In this document: piece after piece, positions 10,034-23,632 of the stretch
How positions within the stretch are numbered: position 1 is the stretch's first letter
How the letters are laid out: every line of letters starts with the position of its first letter
Assembly: GCA_964016885.1 (NCBI GenBank)
Contig: OZ024744.1
Coordinates: 52,514,001 to 52,578,000, forward strand
From: Eledone cirrhosa
Taxonomy: Eukaryota
DNA: 64,000 nucleotides
Reading direction: 5' to 3'
The notes under the pieces: generated by a model
The model's input: the letters and a program-made list of their open reading frames with translations, nothing else
Told to the model about the DNA's origin: nothing
Database searches by the model: none
Translations under genes and position numbers: made by a program

Positions 10034-12195
10034 CATCCCTCCACCCGAAGCTGACGGCCATGTTCAATGACTGCTTGGTGTCGGGTGAGGTGCCAGAGTG
10101 GTTGACAAAAGGTACCACAGTTCTGATAATGAAAGACCGAATCAAGGGTAATGATGTTACCAACTATAGACCTATCACATGTCTGCCCGTAATGTGGAAA
10201 CTGTTGACGAGCATTGTGTCTGAGGAAATCTACCATCACCTCCACACAAACAACTTGTTGCCGGACGAACAGAAAGGATGCCGAAAGAAGTCACGTGGTA
10301 CAAAGGACCAGTTGCTTATTGATAAGATGGTAATGGGGAATTGCAGGAGGAGACACACTGATCTTGCCATGGGATGGATAGACTACAGAAAGGCATTTGA
10401 CATGGTGCCTCATTCCTGGATCACCAAAAGCCTGGAGATCTTCAGGGTGGCAGATAACATCAGACAGTTGCTGGGCAGGAGTATGGGGTCCTGGGAGACA
10501 GAGTTGACATCAACTGGAGTATCCTTGGGAAGCGTGAAGATCAAGAGAGGTATCTTCCAGGGAGATAGCCTGTCCCCTCTGTTGTTTGTCCTTGCCCTGA
10601 TGCCCTTGACCATTATGCTGCGAAAAGTGAGAGCAGGATACAAGTTGGGAAGGGGAGAGCTTACCATCAATCACCTCCTCTTCATGGACGATCTTAAGCT
10701 CTTCGGGAAAAGTGAGAAGGAGTTGGATGTGCTTGTTGACACTGTCCGTATTTTCAGCAGTGATATATGTATGCAGTTTGGTATTGGTAAATGTGGAGTC
10801 ATTGTGATGAGGAGGGGTAGGTTGAGCAGAAGTAACGGGATCCAGATACCAACAGGTGAGATGATAAAGGAAATTGACTCTGAGGAAGGATACAAGTATT
10901 TGGGCGTTCTGGAGGCTGATGGCATAAAGAACAAAAAAATGAAGGAATTGTTAAGAACTGAATACATTCGGAGAGTAAGGAGCGTATTGAAGTCACATCT
11001 GAACAGCAGAAATGCCATAAGCGCAGTAAATTCCCGAGCTGTGTCTATTATTAGGTACAGTGCGGGAATTCTGAGATGGAATGTTGCTGAACAAAAAGAA
11101 ATGGATAGGAAGACTAGGAAGCTATTGACTATCTACAACATGTTCCACAAGAGGAGTGATGTCGATAGACTCTACCTAAGGAGATCTGAGGGTGGAAGAG
11201 GTCTTATCAGCATAGAGGACTGTGTTCAGATGGAGAAAAACAACCTATACAAATACGTGACCTATAGTAAGGAGCCAATGCTCAGAGCTGTACTGAAGGA
11301 GGGGACAGTAGGCCAGGGGATACCCAAGGAGCAAATAACATCAAGGAGGAAGAGCAGCCTTAAGGGAAAATCCCTTCATAGTACCTTCTTTGAGAAAACT
11401 GAATTTAGAGATCCACAGACATGGAACTGGTTGAGAAGAGGAGACCTCAAAAAGGCTACAGAAGGAATGCTAATGGCTGCGCAGGAGCAGGCCCTCAAAA
11501 CGAAGTGGTTGAAGCACCATATCTACAAGGAGGAGGCTAGCCCACTGTGCAGGATCTGTGGAGAGAGAGAGGAGACTGTGGCTCACATTGTGTCCGAGTG
11601 TAAACACCTAGCCCAGACCCACTATAAGGGCTGGAGACACGATGTGATGGGCAGGGTGATCCACTGGCACCTGTGCAAAGTAAACAATCTACCACATTCT
11701 GAGAAATGGTATGAGCATAGGCCAGAGGCGGTGATGGAGAACAGTCAGGTGAAGGTGCTGTGGGATTTTAGGATACAGACGGACAAAAAACTGGAACACA
11801 ATAGATCTGACCTGGTGGTTGTGGACAAAGAAAAAAGATCGTGCCTGATTGTGGATGTGGCCTGCCCGTTCGACACGAGAGTGCAAGAGAAGGAGAGGGA
11901 GAAAATTAACCGATACCAGGACCTAAAGTGGGAGGTGAAAAGGATTTGGAACTGCCATGAAGTCAAAGTGATCCCGATTGTCATAGGCGCACTGGGGACT
12001 ATCTCCAAAGGTTTCCAGGGATGGTTAAAGAAAATCGGCCCCTTCACGCTTTTTGGAACGCTTCAAAAGGCATGCTTACTTGGAACGGCAAGAACCCTCC
12101 GATACGTCCTGAATATCTGAGGCTGCAGGTAGTGGCTTGATATTCAATCCAACGGACTTTCCAGTTAACCAACATCAATGACTGAGATTCAAGGA
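10032..12195 (+). mobile_element. 5'-truncated Dong/R4-like RLE non-LTR retrotransposon, family A
   Basis: Flanked by (AAT)n on both sides; 3' UTR shared with copies at 33091, 45681 and 57840. Confidence 0.92.
10060..12120 (+). CDS. RT, CCHC zinc finger and restriction-like endonuclease (uninterrupted, N-terminally truncated)
   Basis: 686 aa. NYRPITCL, IDYRKAFD, GIFQGDSLSP, FMDD, YKYLG; CRIC..ETVAHIVSEC; RHD; R(S)DLVV...IVDVAC...K endonuclease motif. Confidence 0.92.
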   Translation: MFNDCLVSGEVPEWLTKGTTVLIMKDRIKGNDVTNYRPITCLPVMWKLLTSIVSEEIYHHLHTNNLLPDEQKGCRKKSRGTKDQLLIDKMVMGNCRRRHTDLAMGWIDYRKAFDMVPHSWITKSLEIFRVADNIRQLLGRSMGSWETELTSTGVSLGSVKIKRGIFQGDSLSPLLFVLALMPLTIMLRKVRAGYKLGRGELTINHLLFMDDLKLFGKSEKELDVLVDTVRIFSSDICMQFGIGKCGVIVMRRGRLSRSNGIQIPTGEMIKEIDSEEGYKYLGVLEADGIKNKKMKELLRTEYIRRVRSVLKSHLNSRNAISAVNSRAVSIIRYSAGILRWNVAEQKEMDRKTRKLLTIYNMFHKRSDVDRLYLRRSEGGRGLISIEDCVQMEKNNLYKYVTYSKEPMLRAVLKEGTVGQGIPKEQITSRRKSSLKGKSLHSTFFEKTEFRDPQTWNWLRRGDLKKATEGMLMAAQEQALKTKWLKHHIYKEEASPLCRICGEREETVAHIVSECKHLAQTHYKGWRHDVMGRVIHWHLCKVNNLPHSEKWYEHRPEAVMENSQVKVLWDFRIQTDKKLEHNRSDLVVVDKEKRSCLIVDVACPFDTRVQEKEREKINRYQDLKWEVKRIWNCHEVKVIPIVIGALGTISKGFQGWLKKIGPFTLFGTLQKACLLGTARTLRYVLNI

Positions 12196-12228
12196 ATAAC
12201 AATAACAATAATAATAATAATAATAATA

Positions 12229-15200
12229 ACAAATTAAAGAAAGGATCGAAAAAGTGGAGGGAGTGCATGCTCAGGATGAAACTCCAAATGAAAATAATGA
12301 GATCGTAAATGATAAAGAAATGAATGAGAATGAACTTGCCAACTTGAAGGATGAAATTATGATCGAATGGATGAAAATGAAAGAATCTGACATGGGGCAA
12401 CGAGACACCCTCCCTAAGATCCAGAACTCCAAACAGAACCAAAAGATAATACACAAGACTAACATAATTCTCAAAAACATTATCATCACAAACAAACTAA
12501 ACATTACTGATTTAAATCATCTCTATTATGCATCGGCTAAAGTCACCACTCACTTATGTGGAGTGAAGATGAAAAAACAAAGGAATTCCCACAAGAAATC
12601 TACTTGGCAAGAGAACATCAATCGCCAAATAAACCTTCTCCGATCTGACATAGAAATTTTAAAAAACTATAAAGTAGGTGAACATGTTAAACAAACTAAA
12701 CTTAGAAAATTGAACAAAAAGTACAGTATAAAATCAACATGTGACATAGACATGCTGATAGAAATAATCAAGCAAAAAGTGTCGGCCAAAGCTGCTCGTA
12801 TAAGGCGCTTTGAAAACGATCTAGATTCTATAAGGACAATAATATGTTCAAAAACAACCAAAGAAACTTCTACAGAAAAATTGGTAAGTCAACAATAACT
12901 GCTAAATCAATAGGAGGAAGTGCAAGAATTCTGGGAAAAGATCTGGGCCGAAGAAAAATTTCATAACATACATGCCCCATGGATAGACAGACAAATGAAA
13001 GATACAGCTCACCTTGAGGAACAAACATGGGAAAATATAACAGTTGAACAGTTGCGCTTGGCTCTAAGAAAAACCAGCAAATGGAAATCCCCAGGAAAAG
13101 ACAAAATACAAAACTTTTGGATAAATGCCTTCACAGAGTTTCATGAGCTGTTAGCCCAACTTTACAATGAAATAGTTAAGGAGCCAGAAAAGATACCTTC
13201 ATGGCTAGTTAACGGCATTACATTCCTGCTTCCGAAGAATGATGAGACAAACAATCCCAAAAATTACAGACCGATAACTTGCTTGACCACAATGTATAAC
13301 ATATTAACATCAGTCCTAACTGAATACACATATGACCACCTGATAACAAATGACCTATTTCCCATTGAGCAGAAAGGGTGTAAACGAGGCTCATATGGCT
13401 GTAAGTATCAGCTTCTGGTTAACAAAATGATACTGGAAGATTGTCATAATAGACACAAAAATCTATCGATTGCTTGGATAGATTATAAAAAAGCATTTGA
13501 TAGTTTGCCACACAGTTGAATTGAAAAATGTTTAGAGATTTTCAAAGTATCCCCCGCTGTCAGGAGGTTTTTGTCATTCAGTATGAAGACATGGAAAACG
13601 ACACTCCTTTTGAATAGTGAAACAAAATCACTGGAAGCTGGAGAAGTTAATATTAATTGTGGAATTTTTCAGGGTGACTCTTTATCACCGCTTTTATTCT
13701 GCATCGCACTTATACCATTAAGTAAAATGCTCAATGAAACAAAACATGGATATAAAGTCTATGACAAAACCATTAATCACCTGTTCTACATGGATGACCT
13801 GAAACTATTTGCAAAAAATGATGAACAATTGCAAGGGCTATTATCCACTATGAAGCAGTTCAGTGATGACATTAAAATGGAGTTTGGACTAGATACATGC
13901 GCCAAAGCAACGTTCACCAGAGGAAAGCTGCTGAAGAGTTCAGACATTAATCTTGATCGGGGGAACGTGATAAGAGAGCTTGATCAAGAACAAACTTACA
14001 AATATCTAGGTGTTTGTGAAGGAGACGGAATCAAGCACTCGACAATGAGGGAAAGGATAAGGAAGGAATGTTACCGCAGAGTCAGAGCAATCTTAAGAAC
14101 GGAATTGAATGCAAGGAATAGGATCGATGCCATAAACACGCTTGCCATACCAGTAGTAACCTACAGTTACAATGTCATCAACTGGTCAGCACAGAGATCC
14201 GTAGGCTCGATACAAAAATTCGAAAATTCTTAACCATGCACAGAATGCATCACCCTAAGGCAGATATAGATAGAATATATCTCCCTATGAAAGAAGGAGG
14301 ACGTGGGTTAATCCAGTTAGACATTGCGTTGAAAACTGCAACAATTGGATTATCTACATATCTAAGGGAATCACATGATTGGATGATCAAACTCGTTTTG
14401 AAACACGAAAGCATCAAAAGATCATATTCCATTACAAAAGATGCACAGAGATACAGTAATGGACTACAAATTTCAGAAGTCCCATTTACTGCTGAAATGG
14501 AAAACACAGAAAAAGCAAAGCAGGTAAAAGTAACTGCAAAGAAAGAACTGCTACAGAAACTGGCTAAGAAATGGCAAGAAAAGCCTCTGTATGGAAAATA
14601 CCCAGAAAGAGCTAACAATCCTGATGTTGACAAAACTTTAACACATCAGTGGTTGGCATCCTCTGGACTGAAATCGGAGACTGAAGGACTGATTATATCG
14701 GCACAAGATCAGTGTCTGCCAACAAAAAATTACCAAGCCAACATAATAAAAAATGGGTGCAGCCCATTATGCCGTGTATGCAAAAAACAACCAGAGACCA
14801 TTGACCATATAATTTCAATGTGCAGTCCTATAGCTCCAACCGAATACCTAAACAGGTATGACAGAGCTGCACAATACATACATTGGATAATGTGTAAGCA
14901 TTTTGACCTGCCCCATCAAAAGAATTGGTGGGAGCATCAACCACCTCCCATACTTGAAAAAGATCACATCTCAATCTTGTGGAACTTTAGCATCCAAACA
15001 GACCGAAAAATAGATGCAAACAGACCTGATATAATATTGAATGACTATCAAAAGAGGGTATGCCTGCTAATTGATATGTCTGTTACAATAGACAAGAATG
15101 TATCTATAAAAACATTTGAAAAATTGAGCAAGTATAAGGACCTGGAGATAGAAATTGGAAAAATGTGGAAATTGAGAACTAAAATAATACCAGTGGCTGT

Positions 15201-15479
15201 AGGCGCTCTGGGAATGATACCTAAGGGGTCTAATGATTACATATCGCAAATCCCAGGAAACCCGCGTATAGGAGAAATACAAAAGATAGTACTAATGGGA
15301 ACTGCCCATATACTAAGGAAGATTCTGTCAATATAAGTACATCACAAGTCTAAACACTAAAGATGCATGTGTGAATATGTATGTTCTTTCTTGAACATGG
15401 CGGACCTTGTTGTCTCTTAAGGTCACTGGTTGTGACTTGGTGATAACTCGTATGAACATAAAGCAAGATAAATGCAACT

Positions 15480-15480
<1 letters not shown>
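12229..15480 (+). mobile_element. Dong/R4-like RLE LINE, family B (disrupted)
   Basis: ORF pieces 12254-12898, 12920-13519, 13571-14233, 14236-15336. Motifs WKSPGKD, FYMDD, CRVC..ETIDHIISMC, RPDIIL..IDMSV..K..KY. (AAT)n on both sides. Confidence 0.92.
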
Positions 15481-15516
<36 letters not shown>

Positions 15517-15553
15517 TAATAAAAGTAATATTAATAATATTAATAACAATAAC

Positions 15554-15732
15554 TGTTTCTACCTTTGGCACAAGGTCATCAATTATACCACTGTATTACT
15601 GGTACTTTATTTTATCGACCCCGTAAGGATGAAAGGCAAAGTTAACTTAGGCGGTATTTGAACTCAGACCGTAAAGGGCCGTAACTCTTTGCTGTAAAGC
15701 ATGGCGTCAGACCCTCTCGTGATACTGCCAAT
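15554..15732 (-). mobile_element. tRNA-derived SINE
   Basis: Reverse complement has an A-box-like TTGGCAGTATC and B-box-like GAGTTCAAAT; core TTTCATCCTTACGGGGTCGATAAAATAAAGTACCAGT shared with other copies. Confidence 0.85.
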
Positions 15733-15734
15733 AT

Positions 15735-15766
<32 letters not shown>

Positions 15767-16254
15767 TTGACGATGATGATGATGGACAATAGAAAAGACA
15801 AGGACAAGAGAGGATTTTAAAAAAAACACGGGATGGTGTAAACAAATAAAATAGATAATATATTAATAAACTAATAGCAATAACAATAGGGAGAACAAGT
15901 CTAGCGTATCTACGTATAACCCTTGTACGGCAGACCATACAAACCGCGTAATTTGTGCCTTGTACAGCCGGCCATGCCTTCCCGATTCTCGGCTGTTGTT
16001 ACCGGTTTTTCACAGCACTTCTTATCAACCGCCACGAGTCTTAGCTAAAATAGAAATATATCTACAGACATAATAAATTGGGATTTACATACACTGGAAG
16101 TTATGCCAACATTAAGAAATACCAACTCAAATCTGAATTTTGACACCTCAGCACACCAGCCATACTCACTGAACCAGAACGATTTCTCGCCATCCCTTTT
16201 CTTGACCATTATCTTTTGTTTGGCACAAAACTCTGTATGACAAATCATGTGACT

Positions 16255-16632
16255 GAAAAAGGCAATAAAGAACCCCCAAATACGAACTGGCGCAAAATTT
16301 AAAGCACTTATTCATGTGACTGTCATAACCAACCAAATTATATTTATAAAAAACAATTTCAGCCACTTTTTAAAGTGAAAATGACAATAAAAAACCCTCA
16401 AACGCGAACTGGCGCGAAAGTTGATGTACTTATTCACGTGACAGTCATGAACCAACCAAATTTTACTTATATATGAAAAGACAACGATTTGAGCCACTTT
16501 TTTTAAAGGCAAATACAATAAGAACTTTGTAACGCGAACTGGTGCGGAATTTATTATACTTATTCACGTGGCAGTCATCAACCAAGCAAATTATAAAAAA
16601 GAAATATCTAGCGATTCGCGCCACTTTTTTCC
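16255..16632. repeat. Three diverged ~125-bp tandem units
   Basis: CGAACTGG at ~16283, ~16405 and ~16535, each followed by ACTTATTCA(C/T)GTG...AACCAA...GCCACTTTTT. Confidence 0.8.
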
Positions 16633-17422
16633 ACATAAAACAGAAGTAACATTCGAACTCCAACCAGATGCGAGAAAAAACCACAAACCCTCCTCTCAAT
16701 TTTACTTTTGAAAAGCATAAGAACTATGAAACCGGTAAAGGAAACAAATAAATTTTCTTAAAAAGACTCCAGTTGCATTTTCGATTTCTATTCGGTATAT
16801 ATATATATGGGAAAATATTACTTACTATATCCTGGGGTCGATGAAGTAAATACCAGGCCCGTACTATAAACATTCTAGATGATGAAACTGATCTTTACGA
16901 AAAGAGCGATCACCACTACAGTCTTCTCACCAGCTATACCTACACACTTATTTGCTGCTACAGATAAATATTTTTAGGGTCATAGAAACACCGAAAGCAC
17001 CAATAAACGAATAAATAGGGTCTGTACCGCTTTCAAATAACTACAAACCAGATAATTTTCAATTCAATATTTTAGCAAGCGTCTTCTACCGTTATGACCG
17101 TGTTTAACAACACTTGATTTTTATCAGTTTCTAGTTGGTCGTCTTAATCGGTAGATAAATCTACAAACATCTCGTTTAACACAGAATATTATTCAAGATA
17201 TCAGTTTTAATATATTGTACGGTGTTATTTCTACTTTATGGCAACATTTCTCTCCCATTAATAATGGAAGGAAAAAAATAATAATAAAAGGGAATTTTAT
17301 GATTACAAAAAAAAATTTATTCTTTCCCTTTGTTATTTTTTCGTCATATGAGAAGTATTAAATATTATAAATATTGTAAATACGTTCATAAACCAAGTGA
17401 AGATGAGAATTAATTATAGCAA

Positions 17423-17785
<363 letters not shown>

Positions 17786-18662
17786 GTATGATGTCAATCT
17801 CTGTAACATTGAAATAAAATGAAGTAATGGAGGATATAAATTTTAGGACTTTCAGAAGAAAAGATGTTTAGTTATATTGGGGAAAATGCTATTATGGGAT
17901 TAAGGAATGAAAAAGTTAATAAAACAAACTAATAAAAAATCTAATAAATAATATTTAGAAATATTCCACATTGTATACAAATGAATCGTAAATCTCGAAA
18001 TTTTAAAATCGATGCGAGCTAATGATAGAAATTATAGATATTAGTTTATGAAATAGAGGATTGAAATATGTTTTAAATGTTATCAAATCAATCAGTATGG
18101 AAATAAAGAAAAATAAAGAGAGTTATGTTGGGCAAATATCCATAAACTTAGGATTAAATGGAACAGTGCGTTTTAAATCAACATACAAGAATATCTATCT
18201 ATCTCTATATATCTATATCTATTTCTCTGTACACAATATATACACAAGCGCACATATAGACAACCAAATCGTTTCTTACTTCTCTCTCACTCTATGCCGG
18301 TGTGTTTCTTTCGGTCTCTAGAAATATGTGTGTAGGTGGGTGTAGGTGAGTGTATGTGGGTGTATATGCATGAGTATGCGTGTACATGCATGAGTATTGG
18401 AACGCCCACACATGTATAGACATACGCATATGAAATATAAGTATATATACATTATAATTATTTATATGTATTTATAAAATCACTTTGAATATCTATATTT
18501 CTATTTATCTATCTACCCCTGCCCCCCCCCCCCCGCCTCTCTCTCTATATATGTGTGTATGTGTGTTTACATTACATATATATATACATATATATATAAT
18601 ATATATATATATATCATATGTATATACATATATATGTATATATATATATATGTATATGTATG

Positions 18663-18695
<33 letters not shown>

Positions 18696-19348
18696 TATAT
18701 ACTGTCATATATATATATATATATATATAATATGCTGTCATATTTACCCAACTGAACACATATATTTATGGACATAACCTTACATAATATTAACGAGTGG
18801 TTATTTAATATAAATACATATCTACATTTAATTATATTAAACACATATATAACAAGTATAGCTATAGATGTACTTCACGTCTTATTGTTTATATGCTAAA
18901 TCTATATTCATATACATGTGTGTTTTTATACTTGTATATATTCGGGTGAGCGTGTAATTGTCTAAATACATCTAGGAATATATACCTACATCGCACATAT
19001 CACACAGACTCATGTAATCAATAGATATTCATACACACAGAAATATATATATATTTGCCTGTGTACATATGCACACACATAGATATTCACACACGTTTAT
19101 GTGTGTGAGTATATATATATATCTTGACTAAATGTATATAGGTAGATAAGCATAGAACACACATATATATATATATATATATCACATAGACGTATGTGAT
19201 CTGTGAATACATGAACATATGTATTTGCTTGTGTACACAAACACACATACACTCACACACTCACACGTATACAAACATCCGACTGTATATTATGTGTGTG
19301 GGTAAGAGGATGAGAGCTCTGTATGCGAGAAATAGATAGAGATGTATG

Positions 19349-19393
<45 letters not shown>

Positions 19394-19639
19394 GTGTGTG
19401 TGTGTGTGTGTGTAAATATATATAGTGAGTGATAAATAAAGGGAGAGAGCGAAAGAAAGAAAGAGAGAGAAGGAGAGAGGGGGAGAGAGAGGGGGCTTGG
19501 ACTATTGCATATCTGATAGCTTACAATGTAGAATAGTTTTTTAATTATAATAATTCGAAATTTGGATGTTGTTAGAATAACAAACTCGAATTATTTTAGA
19601 AAAGTACAAATCAACTTAGAATTCAGGAAAACATGTCTT

Positions 19640-19830
19640 ATCTTTCTGAAACTTAGGACTACCTCAATGAAGATGATATCACTATAGCTTGTGTGCAAGT
19701 CTAAGCTCAGTTCACTCCCCGGAGTGATGTTCAGATCAACCTTAATCCGATGGGAGACCCAGAAAGAACTATCTACGATATAGAGAATCACATTGCCTTG
19801 TTTGTAATATACTAATAACAGTAATTTGGT
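19640..19830 (+). pseudogene. Possible ancient LINE APE N-terminal fragment
   Basis: Translates as DYLNEDDITIACVQ then (frameshift) SKL, resembling the APE motif DI.C.QETKL. Confidence 0.3.
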
Positions 19831-20419
19831 GGACATTTTTTGTGCTGAAATATAATGGAAATTAATTAATTAGAGCTCCAAGGGCAAATATAATAGCATT
19901 TTTGTAAACAGCAGTTGAAATACATCCATATATGGGATGACATTCTATGGCACTAATTCAAAAGATGCTATTACGGTCTCTAATACTAACTCCCGATTGG
20001 CTCTATCAGAATCCTAGGGTGTATGAGGTAACAGGACAAGAAGTGATAGATGAGATCTGGTGGTGTTTTGGGAATCACCATCTGATATATACACGCCAAT
20101 AAGCCTAACCTCGATATATGTATGTGTGTATGTATGTATTTGTGCGTATGTATGGATGGGTGTGCGTGTGTGTGTATGTATGTAATATATGTATGTTCTT
20201 CTGGTTTTATAATTTTGTAAATTTTTACCAATAGAGAGGGAGTGGGTTTCTAACAGCAATACAAGACTCCCTCATTGGAATTTACATATCAACTAGGTAG
20301 ATATGTATACATGTCTGCATGCATGCATGTGTGTGCAGGTATGGATGTTATTGTATGTGTGGATGTGGATGTTTTGAGTTATATGTGTGCATGTGTATAT
20401 GCTTTGTTTCTGTACAAGT

Positions 20420-22195
20420 GTATATGCAGTTATCAGATGCAGAATTTTGAAATGTTTTACATGTATTTATTGTTCCATTCATGGATTGTACTTGTAATTT
20501 CCTAACTAGTGGTGTTCTTTCTGTTCCTGTGAAGCCTAGTTTCTCAAGATTTGTATTGAGGCAGTTACTAACATACCGCAGTGCCTCAATAATCACAGGC
20601 ATAAATCTGAAGGTATAATCAGGGTGAAGTATCTGCAGATATCTCATTAGTTCTGCATATATATTCTCCTTTTCCCTAATCTTTGACATATTGGCATCTT
20701 CTGGGCAGCTAACTTCCACTACTGTGCATGCCTTCTTTTCCCTGTCCCATATCTGTTCTGTTATGCCTGCATTTTATTTGGGGTTTTGACTGGAACATTC
20801 CACCTCTTTCATATTATGTATATGTATGTTTTCTGTAACTTTTAATATGTTTATTATCGGGGCTATCTTTTGTACGGATTGTATTGTACAGTGTTTTGGC
20901 CACTACATCTTGCCTCGTAGGTAGATAGTACTGTGATGACTTCTTTGGACAGCTGCTTATGAGATAGGTAACATTTTCGATCTTAATTCTGCAGAGTCTG
21001 CACTTGTTGTCACATCTAGGTGTTTTGCCTTGCCTACATCCCTATCTCTTTTTTGAATCAGGTAGTTTGTATTGATTTCCTGTTTTGCAAAGGCGTTTCC
21101 TTCAAACTGTGAGCCAATATAGCGGTTGTTGGTCCCAGATAGACTACTTTGCTTATCTATATTATTCTCACTCTGGAGCTTCCTGGCAACATATCCATGC
21201 ATGATTTTTTGCTGATAAGCATGCAGTTTTCATCTAAGGATTCGCTGCTGTAAGGTGGAAAATTTCTCTGCGTGTCAATTTTTGATTATCATGTAGGGAA
21301 TATCTTTCAAGGAGTTCCTTCCCAACTCCCATGATCTTATCTGTCTCATGCAGACAGACTTGCGCAATAGATGGGTTCATACGCTTCGAGGTTCGTAGAT
21401 GTTATCGGAGGGATATGATGCAACACTCAAATGCTGTCTGGACAGATGTTAGGCCCCTGTCTCCCTGCTTACATTTCATGTGGAGGCGGTTTATGTTACT
21501 GTTGATGAGTTGTTTAAGTGTTTTCCTGTTTTAACATCAATTGCTCAGATTTCGTCTATTGCCCAATCGAGTATTCCAAACGTTTGTGTTAGGACAGGCA
21601 CAGCAAACACATTGTGAGTCACTGTTTTATCTTGCGTAGAGAGTTCCGATGACCATATCTTTCTTAATCGGGTGTAGTATTCCCTGGTTACGCGGAATTA
21701 TTACAAATATCATTATAGGATATATTCTCATCTATCCCCAGGTATCTGTAGCAGTCCTCATCAGATATCGATGAAACAGTTAGGCCATTGATGAAAATGT
21801 TGCTAGATTGGGTTGTAGTTTTTCCCCGATTTACAGTTATGTATGAACATTTATCTTGGTCAAACTCCATTCCTATATCCTTTGAAAATGTTGTAACCAG
21901 GTCAAGATTTTTCTTCATCCCATTTATGTTCTTGGCATATATTATCAGGTCATCTACAAAGAAATTATGGATTAAGTTCGTATTTATCTCCTCCTGTGAG
22001 CCAATGATGTATCCTTCACATTTATTGAGCAGAAAGTACAAGGGGTTTAATGACATGATAAATATCAGCACTGAGATACTGTCTCCTTGAAATATACCCT
22101 GTGATATTCTATTTCATCTGTAAACATAAAGTCTTCTTTCTCTGATTTTAACTTCAGGAGAGTAGCCCAAGAAGAAGATAAGTTTCTTATATGTA
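20420..22195 (-). mobile_element. Old degenerate RLE (R4-like) LINE
   Basis: ORF pieces LIHNFFVDDL...FSKDIGMEF...YRYLG (21688-22071), MHGY...FEG..FA.QEINT (20957-21202), EVSCP...EKENIY...PVII (20348-20719). Confidence 0.8.
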
Positions 22196-23009
22196 TGTAT
22201 TGCTTTTATTTTTTATATGTGTACATGTTTATTATTCATTTCTCATCTCTGAATATAAAAAGGACACATGATCGACTAAATTATTGGTGACATAAGAAGG
22301 AGAGAGAAAGCGGTAGAGACGAGGAGAAAGATGTTATTCATTGACCCAGATTTCGCACGAAATAATATCTGTTGCTATTGATGCAAAAACATGTGCAATA
22401 TATATATTGCTTTGCTAAGCTTGTTGCAGAGAATCGGTAGAGTTCCAGCCGTCACTTACATAATAATAGTACAATTTTTGTATGTTAGAATTACAAAATT
22501 ATAACTGAGAGGTCACACATACGTTAATCAGTTAAATGAATATCTATGTGTGGGTAATGATATTTCTATAACATATATCCGCACTGTCGACAGTTTGTGC
22601 TGCAGTCAGTCATAAACAGTTCCGACTGCAACTATTGTTCACAGTTGTTAGGTAATATCATCAGACATTACATAACGTGACGCTGGAGCTCATGTTCAGC
22701 AGGTGATCACCTCCCTCGAATGGAAAAGTTTGTCTAAACAACCCATACAACTCCAAGAAATAAGAGGGAGATCGGTCAAAAGCTGACAATTGTTAGCGAA
22801 GACGTCGGGAAACTGAAGAAGTGAATATGTCAAAGCTCTCAATCAGGCTAATTATGTAAATAACAAAGATAGAGTTTCGAAAATAAATAACAAGAAGCGT
22901 ATATATAAAGCAAACTAGAATATATAAAACAAAATGTTCAAATTAGCAATGCATGTCCGTCGCCCGAGGGATGAAATAAATATTGGTTTATACACACACG
23001 TACATACTG

Positions 23010-23110
<101 letters not shown>

Positions 23111-23204
23111 ATATTAAATAAATGGAAACTATATTTATAAAACAAATTAAATATCCCTTCTACTTATATATATAGTTATATATATATATATATATATATA
23201 TACA

Positions 23205-23632
23205 TTAGAAATATGAGCTTTCGCCGTATTTTTGACTAAAGAAACTTTTAGCCTGATAGTGGGGTTTAGAACACTCAGAGAAATGGAAAAAGATGAGTAT
23301 TGATGTACATGACCCACATCTTTGGTTATCCAGACCACTGTGCTACCATTACACCAACACATCACCCATCTCCTGCTATTCAAATTAGAAGCTACATTCT
23401 TAGCAAGTAAATAACAAGTATGTTTTGAAATAGTGAGCGAGTTTGAAATTAGAAATATAAACTTTCACCGTATTTTTGACTAAAGAATCCCATGTACGTC
23501 AATACTCATCTTTTTCCATTTCTCCGAGGGTTCTAAACCCCATTATCAGGCAAAAAATTTCTTTAGTCAAAAATACGTTGAAAGCTTATATTTCTAATTT
23601 CAAACTCACTCACTGTTTAAAACATACTTACT
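23205..23632. mobile_element. Inverted plus partial-direct repeat unit in (TA)n (PLE pLTR-like)
   Basis: 23205-23311 is inverted at ~23490-23600; 23405-23487 is inverted at ~23558-23632. Confidence 0.55.

Noticed and set aside
9724-10245. 173-aa ORF across the LINE-LINE junction
   Set aside because: Chance fusion of antisense Dong sequence, poly-Ile from (ATT)n and the Tx1 5' UTR.
16255-16632. CRISPR-like repeat/spacer appearance
   Set aside because: Units are similar along their length, the context is eukaryotic and there are no cas genes.
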